Below are positions 31,457 through 40,902 of a DNA stretch of 64,000 nt, one piece after another. Where the stretch lies: IMG/VR virus record IMGVR_UViG_3300042402_004372; one strand, 5' to 3'. The notes beneath the pieces are model-generated. The model worked only from the letters and a program-made list of their open reading frames with translations. It was not told where the DNA came from and did no database searches. This stretch comes from a virus. A program made the position numbers and the translations under genes. The number at the start of each line of letters is the position of its first letter. Within the stretch, counting starts at the first letter, position 1.

Positions 31457-32256
31457 TAGATTTATGTGTTGTAAACTACAACACTAGGCCACTCCTACAA
31501 AGGTTATTGGATAATTTGCATGAGGGTGCGAGTGTGGATAATAAGTTTTGGAATCTATATATAGCTGATAACGACTCCAGTGATGATACAGTCGACTGGC
31601 TAAAAGAAAATGACGATAGATATCAAATAGATAGAATAGATTTAAATAAGAATATTGGGTATTCAGCAGCTATCAATAAGCTTGCAGCAAGAGGTTCCAA
31701 CAACGTCATTGGCATTTTAAATGCAGACGTATGGTTTACCAACGAAGACATTAAAAAGATATGTCAAATTTTTAACCAAGAACCAGATGTCCATATCCTT
31801 GGCCCAAAACAAAGAGACGAATACGGCAATATCAAACATGCCGGTATAGTAGGTACCAATACGGAACCAAGACATAGAGGTTGGAACGAAGTTGACCGCG
31901 AAGATAATCTATATAAAGATAGGGTTAATTGCGTAACAGTTTCCGGGTCTGCATACTTCATTAGAAGATCAGTTTGGAATGCCCTAACAAACGATGAAGA
32001 GTATAGAAAGATGTACCCCGATGCAATAGGAGCCTTCCTGCCAACGCCTCATTACTATGAGGAGACTTGGTGCTCCTACTTCGCACGTCATCGTGGCTAC
32101 AATGTAGTGTATGATGGTAGCGTATCAATTGGTCACAGTTGGCATGCATCATCACCAAAACCGGGTGAAGGCTACAGTCATGCCGACGCTCAATTTAAAG
32201 TAAGTCAATCAATATTTCGCAAAGCCTGCGATTTCATAGGAATAGAAAGAGATTAA
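31453..32256 (+). CDS. Glycosyltransferase family 2 (GT-A)
   Basis: VVNYN, ADNDSSD, NIGYSAAIN, LNAD, VSGSAYFIRR, YYEET. Confidence 0.88.
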   Translation: MIDLCVVNYNTRPLLQRLLDNLHEGASVDNKFWNLYIADNDSSDDTVDWLKENDDRYQIDRIDLNKNIGYSAAINKLAARGSNNVIGILNADVWFTNEDIKKICQIFNQEPDVHILGPKQRDEYGNIKHAGIVGTNTEPRHRGWNEVDREDNLYKDRVNCVTVSGSAYFIRRSVWNALTNDEEYRKMYPDAIGAFLPTPHYYEETWCSYFARHRGYNVVYDGSVSIGHSWHASSPKPGEGYSHADAQFKVSQSIFRKACDFIGIERD

Positions 32257-32257
32257 A

Positions 32258-32659
32258 ATGTCAGATCAATTTAATGTTTATTTATATAATGCAGAAGTAG
32301 TTAAGATAGTTGACGGAGATACATTTAAGATCAAGATAGATCTTGGTTTTGAGGTTCATATTGGCCCAAAGAGTGTCAGACTATATGGCGTTAACACACC
32401 AGAAAGCCGTACAACAAACTTGGAAGAAAAGAAGATGGGCCTTGCTGCAAAAGAGTTTACTGATCAATGGATCAAGAAAGCTAATAATAAAGTAAAGATC
32501 GAAACTATTCTAGATAAGAATGAAAAGTATGGTAGAATTCTTGCTAGAGTATGGAACGAAGCTGGCGAATGCCTTAATACAGAAATTGTTAAGGCTGGAT
32601 TAGCTAGAGAATACTTTGGCGTAGGCGACAAAACTTTTGAGGAATTCAAGAAGGCATAA
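32258..32659 (+). CDS. Thermonuclease (SNase-like)
   Basis: VDGDT, VRLYGVNTPE, KYGRILA, LN..IVKAGLA. Confidence 0.9.
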   Translation: MSDQFNVYLYNAEVVKIVDGDTFKIKIDLGFEVHIGPKSVRLYGVNTPESRTTNLEEKKMGLAAKEFTDQWIKKANNKVKIETILDKNEKYGRILARVWNEAGECLNTEIVKAGLAREYFGVGDKTFEEFKKA

Positions 32660-33084
32660 TGCAAACATTTTTACCATACGCAAATTTGCAAGAGTCAGTT
32701 CGGGTATTAGATTATCGTAGACTTGGAAAGCAACGAGTAGAAACTTTCCAAGTCTTAAACATCTTACTTGATCGCACTCCAACAAAAGGTTGGCGCAATC
32801 ATCCGGTTACTGTTATGTGGACCGGCTATGAATCAGCTCTACAGCTTTATCAGAATTACACCATTCAAGAGTGGATTAGCAGAGGTTACAAAAACACCAT
32901 GCTATTAGAAGAGATAGATATAGATTCAGTAGCTATGCCACCATGGTTTGGCTTAGAAGAATTTCATCGTTCACACAGATCAAATCTTTTGCGTAAAGAT
33001 TACGAATATTATTCCCAATATTTTGACGAAGATCCTAATCTTCCATACTATTGGCCAGCTAAAGAGGTAGCTAATGCAAACTAG
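32659..33084 (+). CDS. Pyrimidine-dimer DNA glycosylase-like protein (MSMEG_6728 family)
   Basis: MQTFLPY...LD.RRLGKQRVE, HP..MW.GYE, RGY, PPW.G, HRSHRSNLLRKD. Confidence 0.85.
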   Translation: MQTFLPYANLQESVRVLDYRRLGKQRVETFQVLNILLDRTPTKGWRNHPVTVMWTGYESALQLYQNYTIQEWISRGYKNTMLLEEIDIDSVAMPPWFGLEEFHRSHRSNLLRKDYEYYSQYFDEDPNLPYYWPAKEVANAN

Positions 33085-33631
33085 AGTATTCTTAAAAACT
33101 TTTCAAGAGTTTAGGAAATAAAACATTGATTAAATATTATCCTAATTTTTTTACCGAAGAAGAAATCTTTGGTGCAGTTGCACTTGAGGTTCTACCTAAC
33201 GCAAAATACTTAGAACAAAAAATACAAGATAAAATTAGTTCAACAATAAATAAGCAGTTAGAAAAATATACTTTCGAGTATGAGTTTGTTGTTTATAATT
33301 TTAACACTAACGAATCTATGGGTCTTCATTATGATTTTAGTTATACCACACCACCACACATTTCAGTTGTTGTGTATTTAAATAGCCAGTTTGAAGGTGG
33401 AGAAATTTGTTTTCCAGATTATGAATTAGAAATTAAACCAGCAAAAGGTGATTTATTATTTTATGACTCTAGTATTAAGCATGAAGTCAAAGAAATAAAA
33501 TCTGGAAATCGTTTAGCAGTTGGTTTGTTTTGGAATATTAAAGACTGATAATATTAAATAAACTTTAAAAATTACCGTTAAGCCTATAGAGAATAGTAAG
33601 GAAACTAAAAATGCAAACTAGAGTATTCTTA
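33073..33631 (+). repeat. 22-bp direct repeat AATGCAAACTAGAGTATTCTTA (33073-33094 and 33610-33631) flanking an oxygenase gene
   Basis: Exact copies read from the sequence; the repeat is the first seven codons of the 33611 gene plus one upstream base. Confidence 0.85.
33126..33548 (+). CDS. 2OG-Fe(II) oxygenase (prolyl-hydroxylase-like)
   Basis: LHYD, VYLN..FEGGE, P.KGDLLFY, HEV, G.R. Confidence 0.85.
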   Translation: MIKYYPNFFTEEEIFGAVALEVLPNAKYLEQKIQDKISSTINKQLEKYTFEYEFVVYNFNTNESMGLHYDFSYTTPPHISVVVYLNSQFEGGEICFPDYELEIKPAKGDLLFYDSSIKHEVKEIKSGNRLAVGLFWNIKD

Positions 33632-34024
33632 TCAGGAGCAATAGAAGACATCCAATCTGACTTTAAATATAGTTGGAGAAATGAGGCGACGTCTCTTCTA
33701 GATCATAGGGGTTTTAAGGCGGTTAATCCAATGAACTACGCCCTAGAAGAGGAAGACTGCGAGCCAAAAGAAATAGTAGACAAAAATCTTTTCTTGCAAA
33801 AAAGTTGTGATATTATTTTAGTAGAATATACATTACTCTATAGGGCATACATTGGAACAGACTTTGAAATGACCTGGGCACATCTGAATAATCAACCAGT
33901 AATTGTTTGGGCTCATCAAGATATACAACACAGAATTTATCTTAAGTTTCTTGCCACAAAAGTTGCAGATACTCTTGAAGAAGCTGTAGAATATATATCT
34001 AATACATATCCATCAACTAAATAA
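33611..34024 (+). CDS. Nucleoside 2-deoxyribosyltransferase-like protein
   Basis: VFLSGAI...WR...VNP...CDIILV...GTDFEM.WA...PVIV. Confidence 0.75.
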   Translation: MQTRVFLSGAIEDIQSDFKYSWRNEATSLLDHRGFKAVNPMNYALEEEDCEPKEIVDKNLFLQKSCDIILVEYTLLYRAYIGTDFEMTWAHLNNQPVIVWAHQDIQHRIYLKFLATKVADTLEEAVEYISNTYPSTK

Positions 34025-34034
34025 AGGAAATAAT

Positions 34035-34217
34035 ATGGCAGAAAATAAGTTCAACTATTTTGAAGTAACTACTTCTTATGTTGTTAAGGCCAAGAATAAG
34101 TCAGAGGCTGAAAAGGTAGTCCTTGGACGTCGTGGCGTTAAGGGCGAAATTATTACCAGTAAGACTAACGTAGATCGAATCTCGGCTGTAGAAGTCCGAG
34201 AAATGTTGGAGATCTAA
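34035..34217 (+). CDS. Hypothetical protein
   Basis: 60 aa ORF, AAGGA SD. Confidence 0.55.
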   Translation: MAENKFNYFEVTTSYVVKAKNKSEAEKVVLGRRGVKGEIITSKTNVDRISAVEVREMLEI

Positions 34218-34230
34218 GAATCCTATTAAC

Positions 34231-34266
34231 TAGAGGGTAACACTATTTACTTAGTGTTACCCTCTA
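34231..34266. other. 15-bp perfect inverted repeat (terminator or RNA-processing hairpin)
   Basis: TAGAGGGTAACACTA-tttact-TAGTGTTACCCTCTA, intergenic, no clear U-tract. Confidence 0.65.
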
Positions 34267-34285
34267 TAAACCTTAAGGAAAGTAT

Positions 34286-34987
34286 ATGATATACGCTCAA
34301 ATGGTGGGCAGAAATGAAGAGGGAAGATTTCTAGAGGAAGTTCTAGAAAGGCTTTCACAGCAAGTAGATGGTATTGTTTTTACCGATGATTGCTCTACTG
34401 ATAACACAGCTAAAATAGCAGAAAAATATTGTCACGTTTATTCAACTCCAGAGCAACTGTTCACAAAACATGAGGGTCAACTAAGAGCTTTTGCTTGGTC
34501 CAACATGTGCCAGCATGCAAAACTTGGTGACTGGATTGTGGCAATCGATTGTGACGAAATGCTGTATAATAAAAACGATATAGATAATCTTAATATCTCA
34601 TCTGTTCTATCAAATTCGCCTTACGACGTTGCCAATGTTCGCTTTTACCACATGTGGAACGAGAATCAATGGCGCACAGATAAGCTATGGGCTCCAAATA
34701 ATAGCAGTAGAATCTTCAGATTTAAAGAAAATGGTGGCTTCGCCAATAGGAAATTAGCCTGTGGTTCAGAACCTACATATGTAGTTGACTGGATTGCACA
34801 AAGAAACTTCTGGATTGACTCAGGTTTAGTCATGAAACATCTTGGATATGTAAGAGATGAAGATAAGATCTCTAAGCATCAAAGGTATTCGACTTTAGAC
34901 GGTGGAGAATTTCACGCATTAAATCATATCAACTCAATAATAGACCCAAATCCAGTCTTGATTGACTGGGGAAATTTCTTAAGGTAG
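34286..34987 (+). CDS. Glycosyltransferase family 2 (GT-A)
   Basis: RNEE...DDCSTDNT, WIVAIDCDE, HLGY. Confidence 0.85.
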   Translation: MIYAQMVGRNEEGRFLEEVLERLSQQVDGIVFTDDCSTDNTAKIAEKYCHVYSTPEQLFTKHEGQLRAFAWSNMCQHAKLGDWIVAIDCDEMLYNKNDIDNLNISSVLSNSPYDVANVRFYHMWNENQWRTDKLWAPNNSSRIFRFKENGGFANRKLACGSEPTYVVDWIAQRNFWIDSGLVMKHLGYVRDEDKISKHQRYSTLDGGEFHALNHINSIIDPNPVLIDWGNFLR

Positions 34988-34992
34988 GAAAA

Positions 34993-35667
34993 ATGAAAAA
35001 AGATATTAGAATTGCAACACACGCACAAACGATTCAATCGCTAACTTTAAAAATGCTATCCAAGGAACGTTTTGCTTATGTTAATTTTCCTCGATCAGCA
35101 CTCATTGCTATGGGTAGTCCAGATATGAAGAAAGCTTCTAAGGACTTTGGTGATTCAATAAGTAAATCATTTAGCATTAATGATAAGAATTTTATGAAAG
35201 GAATACCTTTAGCTTTTGTAAATTCTAATGATTCAGATAATGAATTAGATTATTCAAAAGTGGATTCTAATCAGAGATACTATAACTCAACAACACTTGA
35301 AAACTACTTTAATAATAATGAAGTAGCTTTTACATCTTTTGTAGACTTTTATATAAGAAATACCCCATATGTTGTAGTTACATTTCATGATAGAAAAGTA
35401 ATTACAAGGGTTCTAGGATCACCTGTGGACACAATTTATGTTCCATATAATGATTATTATGATAAGCTAGATTCTATAATTGAAACTTTGGCAACCTATA
35501 CCGGTAAAGTTGATACAGTTATTTTGGATTGTCCGCTACTTTCTGCTGCTTTAGCTGGTAAGATATGGGACGAATTGAATTTTTCTATAATAGATTTTGG
35601 GAAGGTAATCGGTTTTGCTCGAGCAAGATTTAGCAATAGGATTTCCCAAAATGAAAAAACAGATTGA
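34993..35667 (+). CDS. Putative GT-D-fold glycosyltransferase-like protein
   Basis: C-terminal VILDCPLLSAALAGKIW...IIDFGKV resembles the GT-D/DUF1792 C-terminus; adjacent to a GT2 gene. Confidence 0.45.
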   Translation: MKKDIRIATHAQTIQSLTLKMLSKERFAYVNFPRSALIAMGSPDMKKASKDFGDSISKSFSINDKNFMKGIPLAFVNSNDSDNELDYSKVDSNQRYYNSTTLENYFNNNEVAFTSFVDFYIRNTPYVVVTFHDRKVITRVLGSPVDTIYVPYNDYYDKLDSIIETLATYTGKVDTVILDCPLLSAALAGKIWDELNFSIIDFGKVIGFARARFSNRISQNEKTD

Positions 35668-36295
35668 AGACAAAGAAGATGATCTATTTTTAATAGATCT
35701 TTTATTTGAATCAGATCTAACCATTTCAGCTATAGCCAAAGAACTTGGTTATTCATTTGCTCAGTTAAATAAAAAAATTAATTCACTTGGTCTTTCTTGG
35801 ATTAAAGAGCAAAAGAAAAAAACATCAAGAGGTCAAGCTGCACTTACTCAAGCAATGCAAAAGCTTTTTCCTGGACAAAAGATCATAAACGAACATCACA
35901 TAGGTGAGCGTTTAAGAATCGATGTATTCTGTCCAGAATATAGAATAGGTGCAGAGTTTCATGGTAGGCAACACTTCTATTATACTGAAAGATTTTTTGA
36001 ATCAAAATATGATTTTATTCAAGCTCAAAAAAGAGATGAAAGAAAATTAGAACTTTGCAAGCAAGAAGGAATAACATTAGTTGTATTTAGATACAATGAT
36101 GAGCTGAGTGAACAAGCTGTTTATGATAGACTATTACAGGCGATAAGATTAAGTCCTCATGTTCCAGAAAATATAAAAACGAATAAGAAGAGCATTACTC
36201 AAAATAAATTTTATCAGGATAGAAAAAAGCAATACAACGAAAGAAAGAAAGAGACATATAAAAAAATGAAAAAGAGAAGAGATAATCATGAGTGA
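35651..36295 (+). CDS. HTH + Vsr/DUF559-like endonuclease
   Basis: TISAIAKELGYS HTH; RIDVF...AEFHGRQHF...RDERK..LC...GITL. Confidence 0.7.
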   Translation: MKKQIEDKEDDLFLIDLLFESDLTISAIAKELGYSFAQLNKKINSLGLSWIKEQKKKTSRGQAALTQAMQKLFPGQKIINEHHIGERLRIDVFCPEYRIGAEFHGRQHFYYTERFFESKYDFIQAQKRDERKLELCKQEGITLVVFRYNDELSEQAVYDRLLQAIRLSPHVPENIKTNKKSITQNKFYQDRKKQYNERKKETYKKMKKRRDNHE

Positions 36296-37739
36296 TATTG
36301 AATCTTCTCCCGTAACTCAACCAATTGAGTATCAGATATTTGCTCTTTCATTTAGAGAAAAGGGAGCAATATCTTACTTTAAAGATAATCTAGATCCACA
36401 GATTGTTGGGATTAACGATAATCAACACGGTGTTCACGAATTCTATAATGCTCTTTTGTCATATGTTTCTAGTACAGATCTAGATATAGTCGATCCAATA
36501 GTATTTAAGAATTGGATACAACTAGAAAGCCGTGTCTTTGAGGCGCTTAATGGAGACGAGGGAGTTAATGCTCTTATGAGCGTCCTCTCTGATATGCAGC
36601 TGGCTAGCCCTGAAGCTGTTGTTCAGGTTCTTAAACATAAAGATAATAAAATTAAACAGAAAAACTATTTAAAAGAGTTAGAAATAATTATAAGCCAAAA
36701 GGGTATAAAAACAGAAGAAGATCTTGCGAGAATGTCTGAGATTTCTAATCTCATTAATGATCTAGAGAACAGTGCTAGTTATGATCCGCTTGATGGAGTT
36801 GTAACGGCTAACCAAATAATAGAAAAGATTGACTCACTATTAGACACTCCGGACTTTTTGCCAACTCAATTTAAGTCTTTGAATAGAGCAATGGGCTACA
36901 CCAATGAGGGAGGCTTCTTTAAGGGGGCGGTACATGCGATCATAGCAGCCTCTGGAAAGGGCAAGAGCACATTTGCTAAATGCCTAGTGAATAACTGGTT
37001 AGATTCTGGATATAAAGCTTTATACATAAACTTCGAAGAAGCTAGAAATCACTGGGAACGTATATTGATGACTCAGATAACTGGCAAGAACGTTTATTCA
37101 GAAGTTGATAAATGGTCTGAAGAAGAAAAAAATAAACATATTAAAACTTTTACAGATAAGTTAACCGAATGGGGTGATCGTCTGATGGTCAAGCATGATC
37201 CAGATACTCCATATTTTGAGGACCTAGAAAGCTGGCTAAGAGACATCCTAATCCAGGGTGAACACATGCCGGACGTCATAGTTATCGACACTATCCAATC
37301 AATGTTTACTAGATCTAAGGGTAAAGCTAGATGGGGTGAATTTGAAGAAATGATGGTTCGTCTTGAAAAAATAGCTAGAGACATGAACTGCGTATTGATA
37401 ATCACTGCACAAGAAAACTCAAATAGAATGAAGGAAAAAAGAGAAATAGTCATGCAGTCAGACACTGGTGGTTCTCTAGCTATACAGCAAAAGTGTGCAG
37501 TAACTATATTTATCACAGAAAAAAAATTAGTTAGTGGTGATGATTCGGAAGATGAAAATGTAATGCAGTTACAGATACCAAAGAATAGAATTACTGGTTC
37601 AACATTTTCTTATGAGCCACCACTGGTTAGATATGTCGATTCCAAAAAGTCTTACGTAGAGTACGAAATGGTTACACCCGGATCCTATGATGCCTCATCA
37701 ATTTTAGATGACTTATTAAACAATGGAGATTTTAACTAA
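36288..37739 (+). CDS. DnaB-like (SF4) replicative helicase
   Basis: Walker A AASGKGKS, YINFEE, VIVIDTIQ, TAQ, KNR. Confidence 0.85.
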   Translation: MSDIESSPVTQPIEYQIFALSFREKGAISYFKDNLDPQIVGINDNQHGVHEFYNALLSYVSSTDLDIVDPIVFKNWIQLESRVFEALNGDEGVNALMSVLSDMQLASPEAVVQVLKHKDNKIKQKNYLKELEIIISQKGIKTEEDLARMSEISNLINDLENSASYDPLDGVVTANQIIEKIDSLLDTPDFLPTQFKSLNRAMGYTNEGGFFKGAVHAIIAASGKGKSTFAKCLVNNWLDSGYKALYINFEEARNHWERILMTQITGKNVYSEVDKWSEEEKNKHIKTFTDKLTEWGDRLMVKHDPDTPYFEDLESWLRDILIQGEHMPDVIVIDTIQSMFTRSKGKARWGEFEEMMVRLEKIARDMNCVLIITAQENSNRMKEKREIVMQSDTGGSLAIQQKCAVTIFITEKKLVSGDDSEDENVMQLQIPKNRITGSTFSYEPPLVRYVDSKKSYVEYEMVTPGSYDASSILDDLLNNGDFN

Positions 37740-38530
37740 TGAAATTAATTACACCAGAATCCCTAAAGGACTTTCAAACCTGCTCATTACTTTACGAGTA
37801 TAGATATAATCAAAAACTACCAGAGTCAATAGGTGGTAGAGATCTATTGTCTATTAGATTTGAAAATACTTTAAAAGAAATTATATATTACTTCTTTTAT
37901 AAGAAACAAGGTGGCTACACACCGTCGTATGCATCGCTTTTGAATAGATGGGAAAAGCTTTGGTTTGCCGATAACGTTTCATCGTACGATATCATGACAG
38001 AGCAACACGAAAGTGCATATGGAAACAGCGCTAGCCTTACGACCAAAGCTGCTTCTGCTCTATTGTCTTTCTATGAAAACTTTTCAGACGAAGAATACAT
38101 ACCGATTGCAATAAATGAAGATTGCATTATGCCAGTCACCCCAAAGGTTAAGATAAAAGACAAATTTGATATAATCCTTTATAAGAATAATAAATATTAT
38201 GTTATTAAGATAATGTTTAACTATAAGAATAGTCACCAATATATGTATCAAGTAAACTTTGCTACGATGTACAATGCGTTTGCGGTAAAGCATGGTGATA
38301 GAATTTCTAAAGCATCTTTTGGTTACATAGATTTATTAACGTCCAAAGTTTCTTTTGTTGATTTTGAAATAACAAAAGAAGATCTTGATTCTTTAAGATT
38401 TTGGGCTGATGAATTAGAGCAAGCAGAAAAATTTATTCCAAGAAGAGGGTTGACCTGGTATTGCAAGAAATGTCCGTTTGATAAACCTTGTTCTAAGTGG
38501 TCAAATTGGTCAAAAGATGCAGACGAATAG
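37739..38530 (+). CDS. PD-(D/E)XK / Cas4-RecB-like fold protein with Cys cluster (catalytic motif degenerate)
   Basis: ITPESLKDFQTC...YRY N-terminus and C-terminal CKKCPFDKPC; no DYK motif. Confidence 0.65.
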   Translation: MKLITPESLKDFQTCSLLYEYRYNQKLPESIGGRDLLSIRFENTLKEIIYYFFYKKQGGYTPSYASLLNRWEKLWFADNVSSYDIMTEQHESAYGNSASLTTKAASALLSFYENFSDEEYIPIAINEDCIMPVTPKVKIKDKFDIILYKNNKYYVIKIMFNYKNSHQYMYQVNFATMYNAFAVKHGDRISKASFGYIDLLTSKVSFVDFEITKEDLDSLRFWADELEQAEKFIPRRGLTWYCKKCPFDKPCSKWSNWSKDADE

Positions 38531-38687
38531 ATTTGGTGTTATACTTGAAACCAAGGTATCTAAAAGTTTATTTACACTTGCAAAAGAAAATAAACAAACT
38601 CCTTATGAATATTTAAAATCTATAATAGATGAAAAGTATCAAATTTACTTAAAAGAAAAACTAAATTGGGATTCAGATTATGAGTAA
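38517..38687 (+). CDS. Small protein, possibly ribbon-helix-helix DNA-binding
   Basis: FGVIL...SLFTLAKENKQTPYEYLKSII pattern; overlaps both neighbours. Confidence 0.4.
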   Translation: MQTNRFGVILETKVSKSLFTLAKENKQTPYEYLKSIIDEKYQIYLKEKLNWDSDYE

Positions 38688-39336
38688 AAAAAGTATATTA
38701 GATGAGTTATTAAATGAAGATGTTTCATTCAAGCCAAATGAAGAAGAAGATAAGTTATTAACTCCTCTTATGGAGGAAATTAATCTTATTGCTAGTCAAC
38801 AAATTAGACTATTTGTTAGATCAGTTTTACTTCAGGCAAAAACATTTTGGAAAATACCATCTAGTTTTTCAGGTAAATATCATCCAGCTGATGAGCATGG
38901 TGCTGGTGGTAACGTTCTTCATACAAAGAGGGTTGTCAAAGTCTCTAAGGTTATATGCGATTCCTATGGATTACTTCCGCACGAAAAAGACATAGTGTAC
39001 GCAGCATGCTTATTGCATGATGTGACTAAGGGTATAGCTCATGATGATAGTAAAGAAGATTTCTTCTACGACCCAATGCATCCGTATACGGTTGGAGCTT
39101 TTGTTAAAAAGTGTCAAGACAATGATAAAAAGTATGGTTCAGAATCCGCATCATCTACTCTTTTTTTAGATGAAGAAACTGTTCAGTCAATACTTAGATT
39201 GGTAAGATGCCACCTTGGTCCATGGTCTCCCATTCCGGAAACTGTACCTAGTACTTACATGGATATGATAGTACACTTGTCAGACAACGTCGCCTCAAAA
39301 CTGCATACAATTGTTGAAATTAGTGATAACAAATGA
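38680..39336 (+). CDS. HD-domain phosphohydrolase
   Basis: SSFSGKYHP, GGNVLHT, LLHDVTK, HP, HLG, HLSD. Confidence 0.85.
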   Translation: MSKKSILDELLNEDVSFKPNEEEDKLLTPLMEEINLIASQQIRLFVRSVLLQAKTFWKIPSSFSGKYHPADEHGAGGNVLHTKRVVKVSKVICDSYGLLPHEKDIVYAACLLHDVTKGIAHDDSKEDFFYDPMHPYTVGAFVKKCQDNDKKYGSESASSTLFLDEETVQSILRLVRCHLGPWSPIPETVPSTYMDMIVHLSDNVASKLHTIVEISDNK

Positions 39337-39506
39337 CAATAGAAAATCCAGACAAGATGCATGTTAGAGCGTACATAAATGAGTCTTTAGAATTCCTTAT
39401 TAAAGAATCAATATACTACAGATCTAACAATGAAAATATTTTGGAACACAATCGACTAGTAGCTTGGCATATGGAAATGGATAGTGGTAAAATACATATA
39501 CCATGA
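39333..39506 (+). CDS. Small hypothetical protein (57 aa; below ORF-track cutoff)
   Basis: MTIENPDK...KIHIP, with ATGA overlaps at both ends. Confidence 0.55.
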   Translation: MTIENPDKMHVRAYINESLEFLIKESIYYRSNNENILEHNRLVAWHMEMDSGKIHIP

Positions 39507-40699
39507 AACTTCCTTTAGATAAAGATAAATTTATTTCTCAATGGAAATATGTTGAGGTTGCTAGATATGTTCCCAACCTGGATAGGGTGATTAGGGATAA
39601 GAATGGTGATGATCCAGTCTTCTATGAAATGGAAAACATAGATCAATATAGACAAAAGCATAACAACCTTGGACTGTACACATCTGTTTGGCATTTTAAT
39701 TCCGCTGATATAAACAAGGCTATCAGGTTAGGATCATTATACTTTGACTTAGATAGTGAAGATATGAATTTGTGTTACGAAGAAGCGCAAAGACTATATG
39801 GTTATTTGTCTATGTATATTCCGCAAGAATCACTGTTGGTTTATTTTACTGGAAAAAAGGGTTTTCATATAGAGTGTGAAGCAATTGGCTTAGGTATTAA
39901 TCCATCAAACGAACTGCCAAAAGTTTTTAGGTATATAGCAAATAAGCTAAAAGAAGATCTATCTATTTCTTCAATGGATTTTAGTGTTTACGACATGAGA
40001 AGAATGTGGAGGCTGCCTGGATCTTTACATCAGGCAACAAAGCTATTCAAGACTCTCTTGCCAAAAGATATATTTTTATCTGGAATAGATAAGATTATTA
40101 CTTACTCAAGTGAGCCACAATTGCTCGATGTAGTTGAACAGTCTTTTGATTTCAAGGCAAATGAATGGTATAGGCAGTTCACTTATCAGATGGAAGAAGA
40201 TAAGAATAAACCAAAAGATATACTACAGCATTTTAATAAGTTTGGTTCTTCTAACTTAAAGTCTTTTGATCAGAATCAAAAAGTATTTGAGAAAGAAACA
40301 CTTTGGATAAAGTGTCCATCAATAAAAAGATTACATGAACAGGCTGAGAATTCTCACTTTTTAGAACACGAAGCCAGATTATTTTTATGTTCTATATTAA
40401 CATATAGTGAAGAATCGATTAACTATCTACATGAGATACTAGGTAACTGCGAAGATTATAACCCAAGTAAATCACAAGCTCATATAAATGACTGGGTGAG
40501 AAGAAGAGAATTAGGCATAGGTGGAAGGCCTTATACTTGCGAAAGAGCTAATGCAGTTGGCGTAGGGTGTGGCAGTTGTTCTCTTGAGAAGAAAAACAAG
40601 TGGGTTAAGGTTGGAGATAGATTTATAGAGACTCAAGAAAAATCTTCTCCATCACCAGTTCGATTTGCTTATAAATCCGCAACGAGAAAGGAGGAGTAA
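39503..40699 (+). CDS. Archaeo-eukaryotic-type primase with C-terminal PriL-like Cys domain
   Basis: YFDLD, FTGKKGFH, RRMWRLPGS; C-terminal CPSI..HEARL..YTCE..CGSC. Confidence 0.8.
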   Translation: MKLPLDKDKFISQWKYVEVARYVPNLDRVIRDKNGDDPVFYEMENIDQYRQKHNNLGLYTSVWHFNSADINKAIRLGSLYFDLDSEDMNLCYEEAQRLYGYLSMYIPQESLLVYFTGKKGFHIECEAIGLGINPSNELPKVFRYIANKLKEDLSISSMDFSVYDMRRMWRLPGSLHQATKLFKTLLPKDIFLSGIDKIITYSSEPQLLDVVEQSFDFKANEWYRQFTYQMEEDKNKPKDILQHFNKFGSSNLKSFDQNQKVFEKETLWIKCPSIKRLHEQAENSHFLEHEARLFLCSILTYSEESINYLHEILGNCEDYNPSKSQAHINDWVRRRELGIGGRPYTCERANAVGVGCGSCSLEKKNKWVKVGDRFIETQEKSSPSPVRFAYKSATRKEE

Positions 40700-40902
40700 T
40701 GCAAGATGACAATAATGATGTAATCGGATTATGCACCGACTGCGGAACGGAACAAACAGATAGGCACATGCATAACAGTTCTTTTGCTCAAGCTGGACTG
40801 CCAGCAGTATGTAGATACTGTAAGGGTGTAGTAACGGTTTGCTATAAACGTGATAGAGATGATGTATTAAATCAAATAAATATTAAAAGAGGACTTAAGT
40901 GA
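40699..40902 (+). CDS. Small zinc-ribbon protein
   Basis: CTDC...CRYC; AGGAGG SD. Confidence 0.6.
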   Translation: MQDDNNDVIGLCTDCGTEQTDRHMHNSSFAQAGLPAVCRYCKGVVTVCYKRDRDDVLNQINIKRGLK

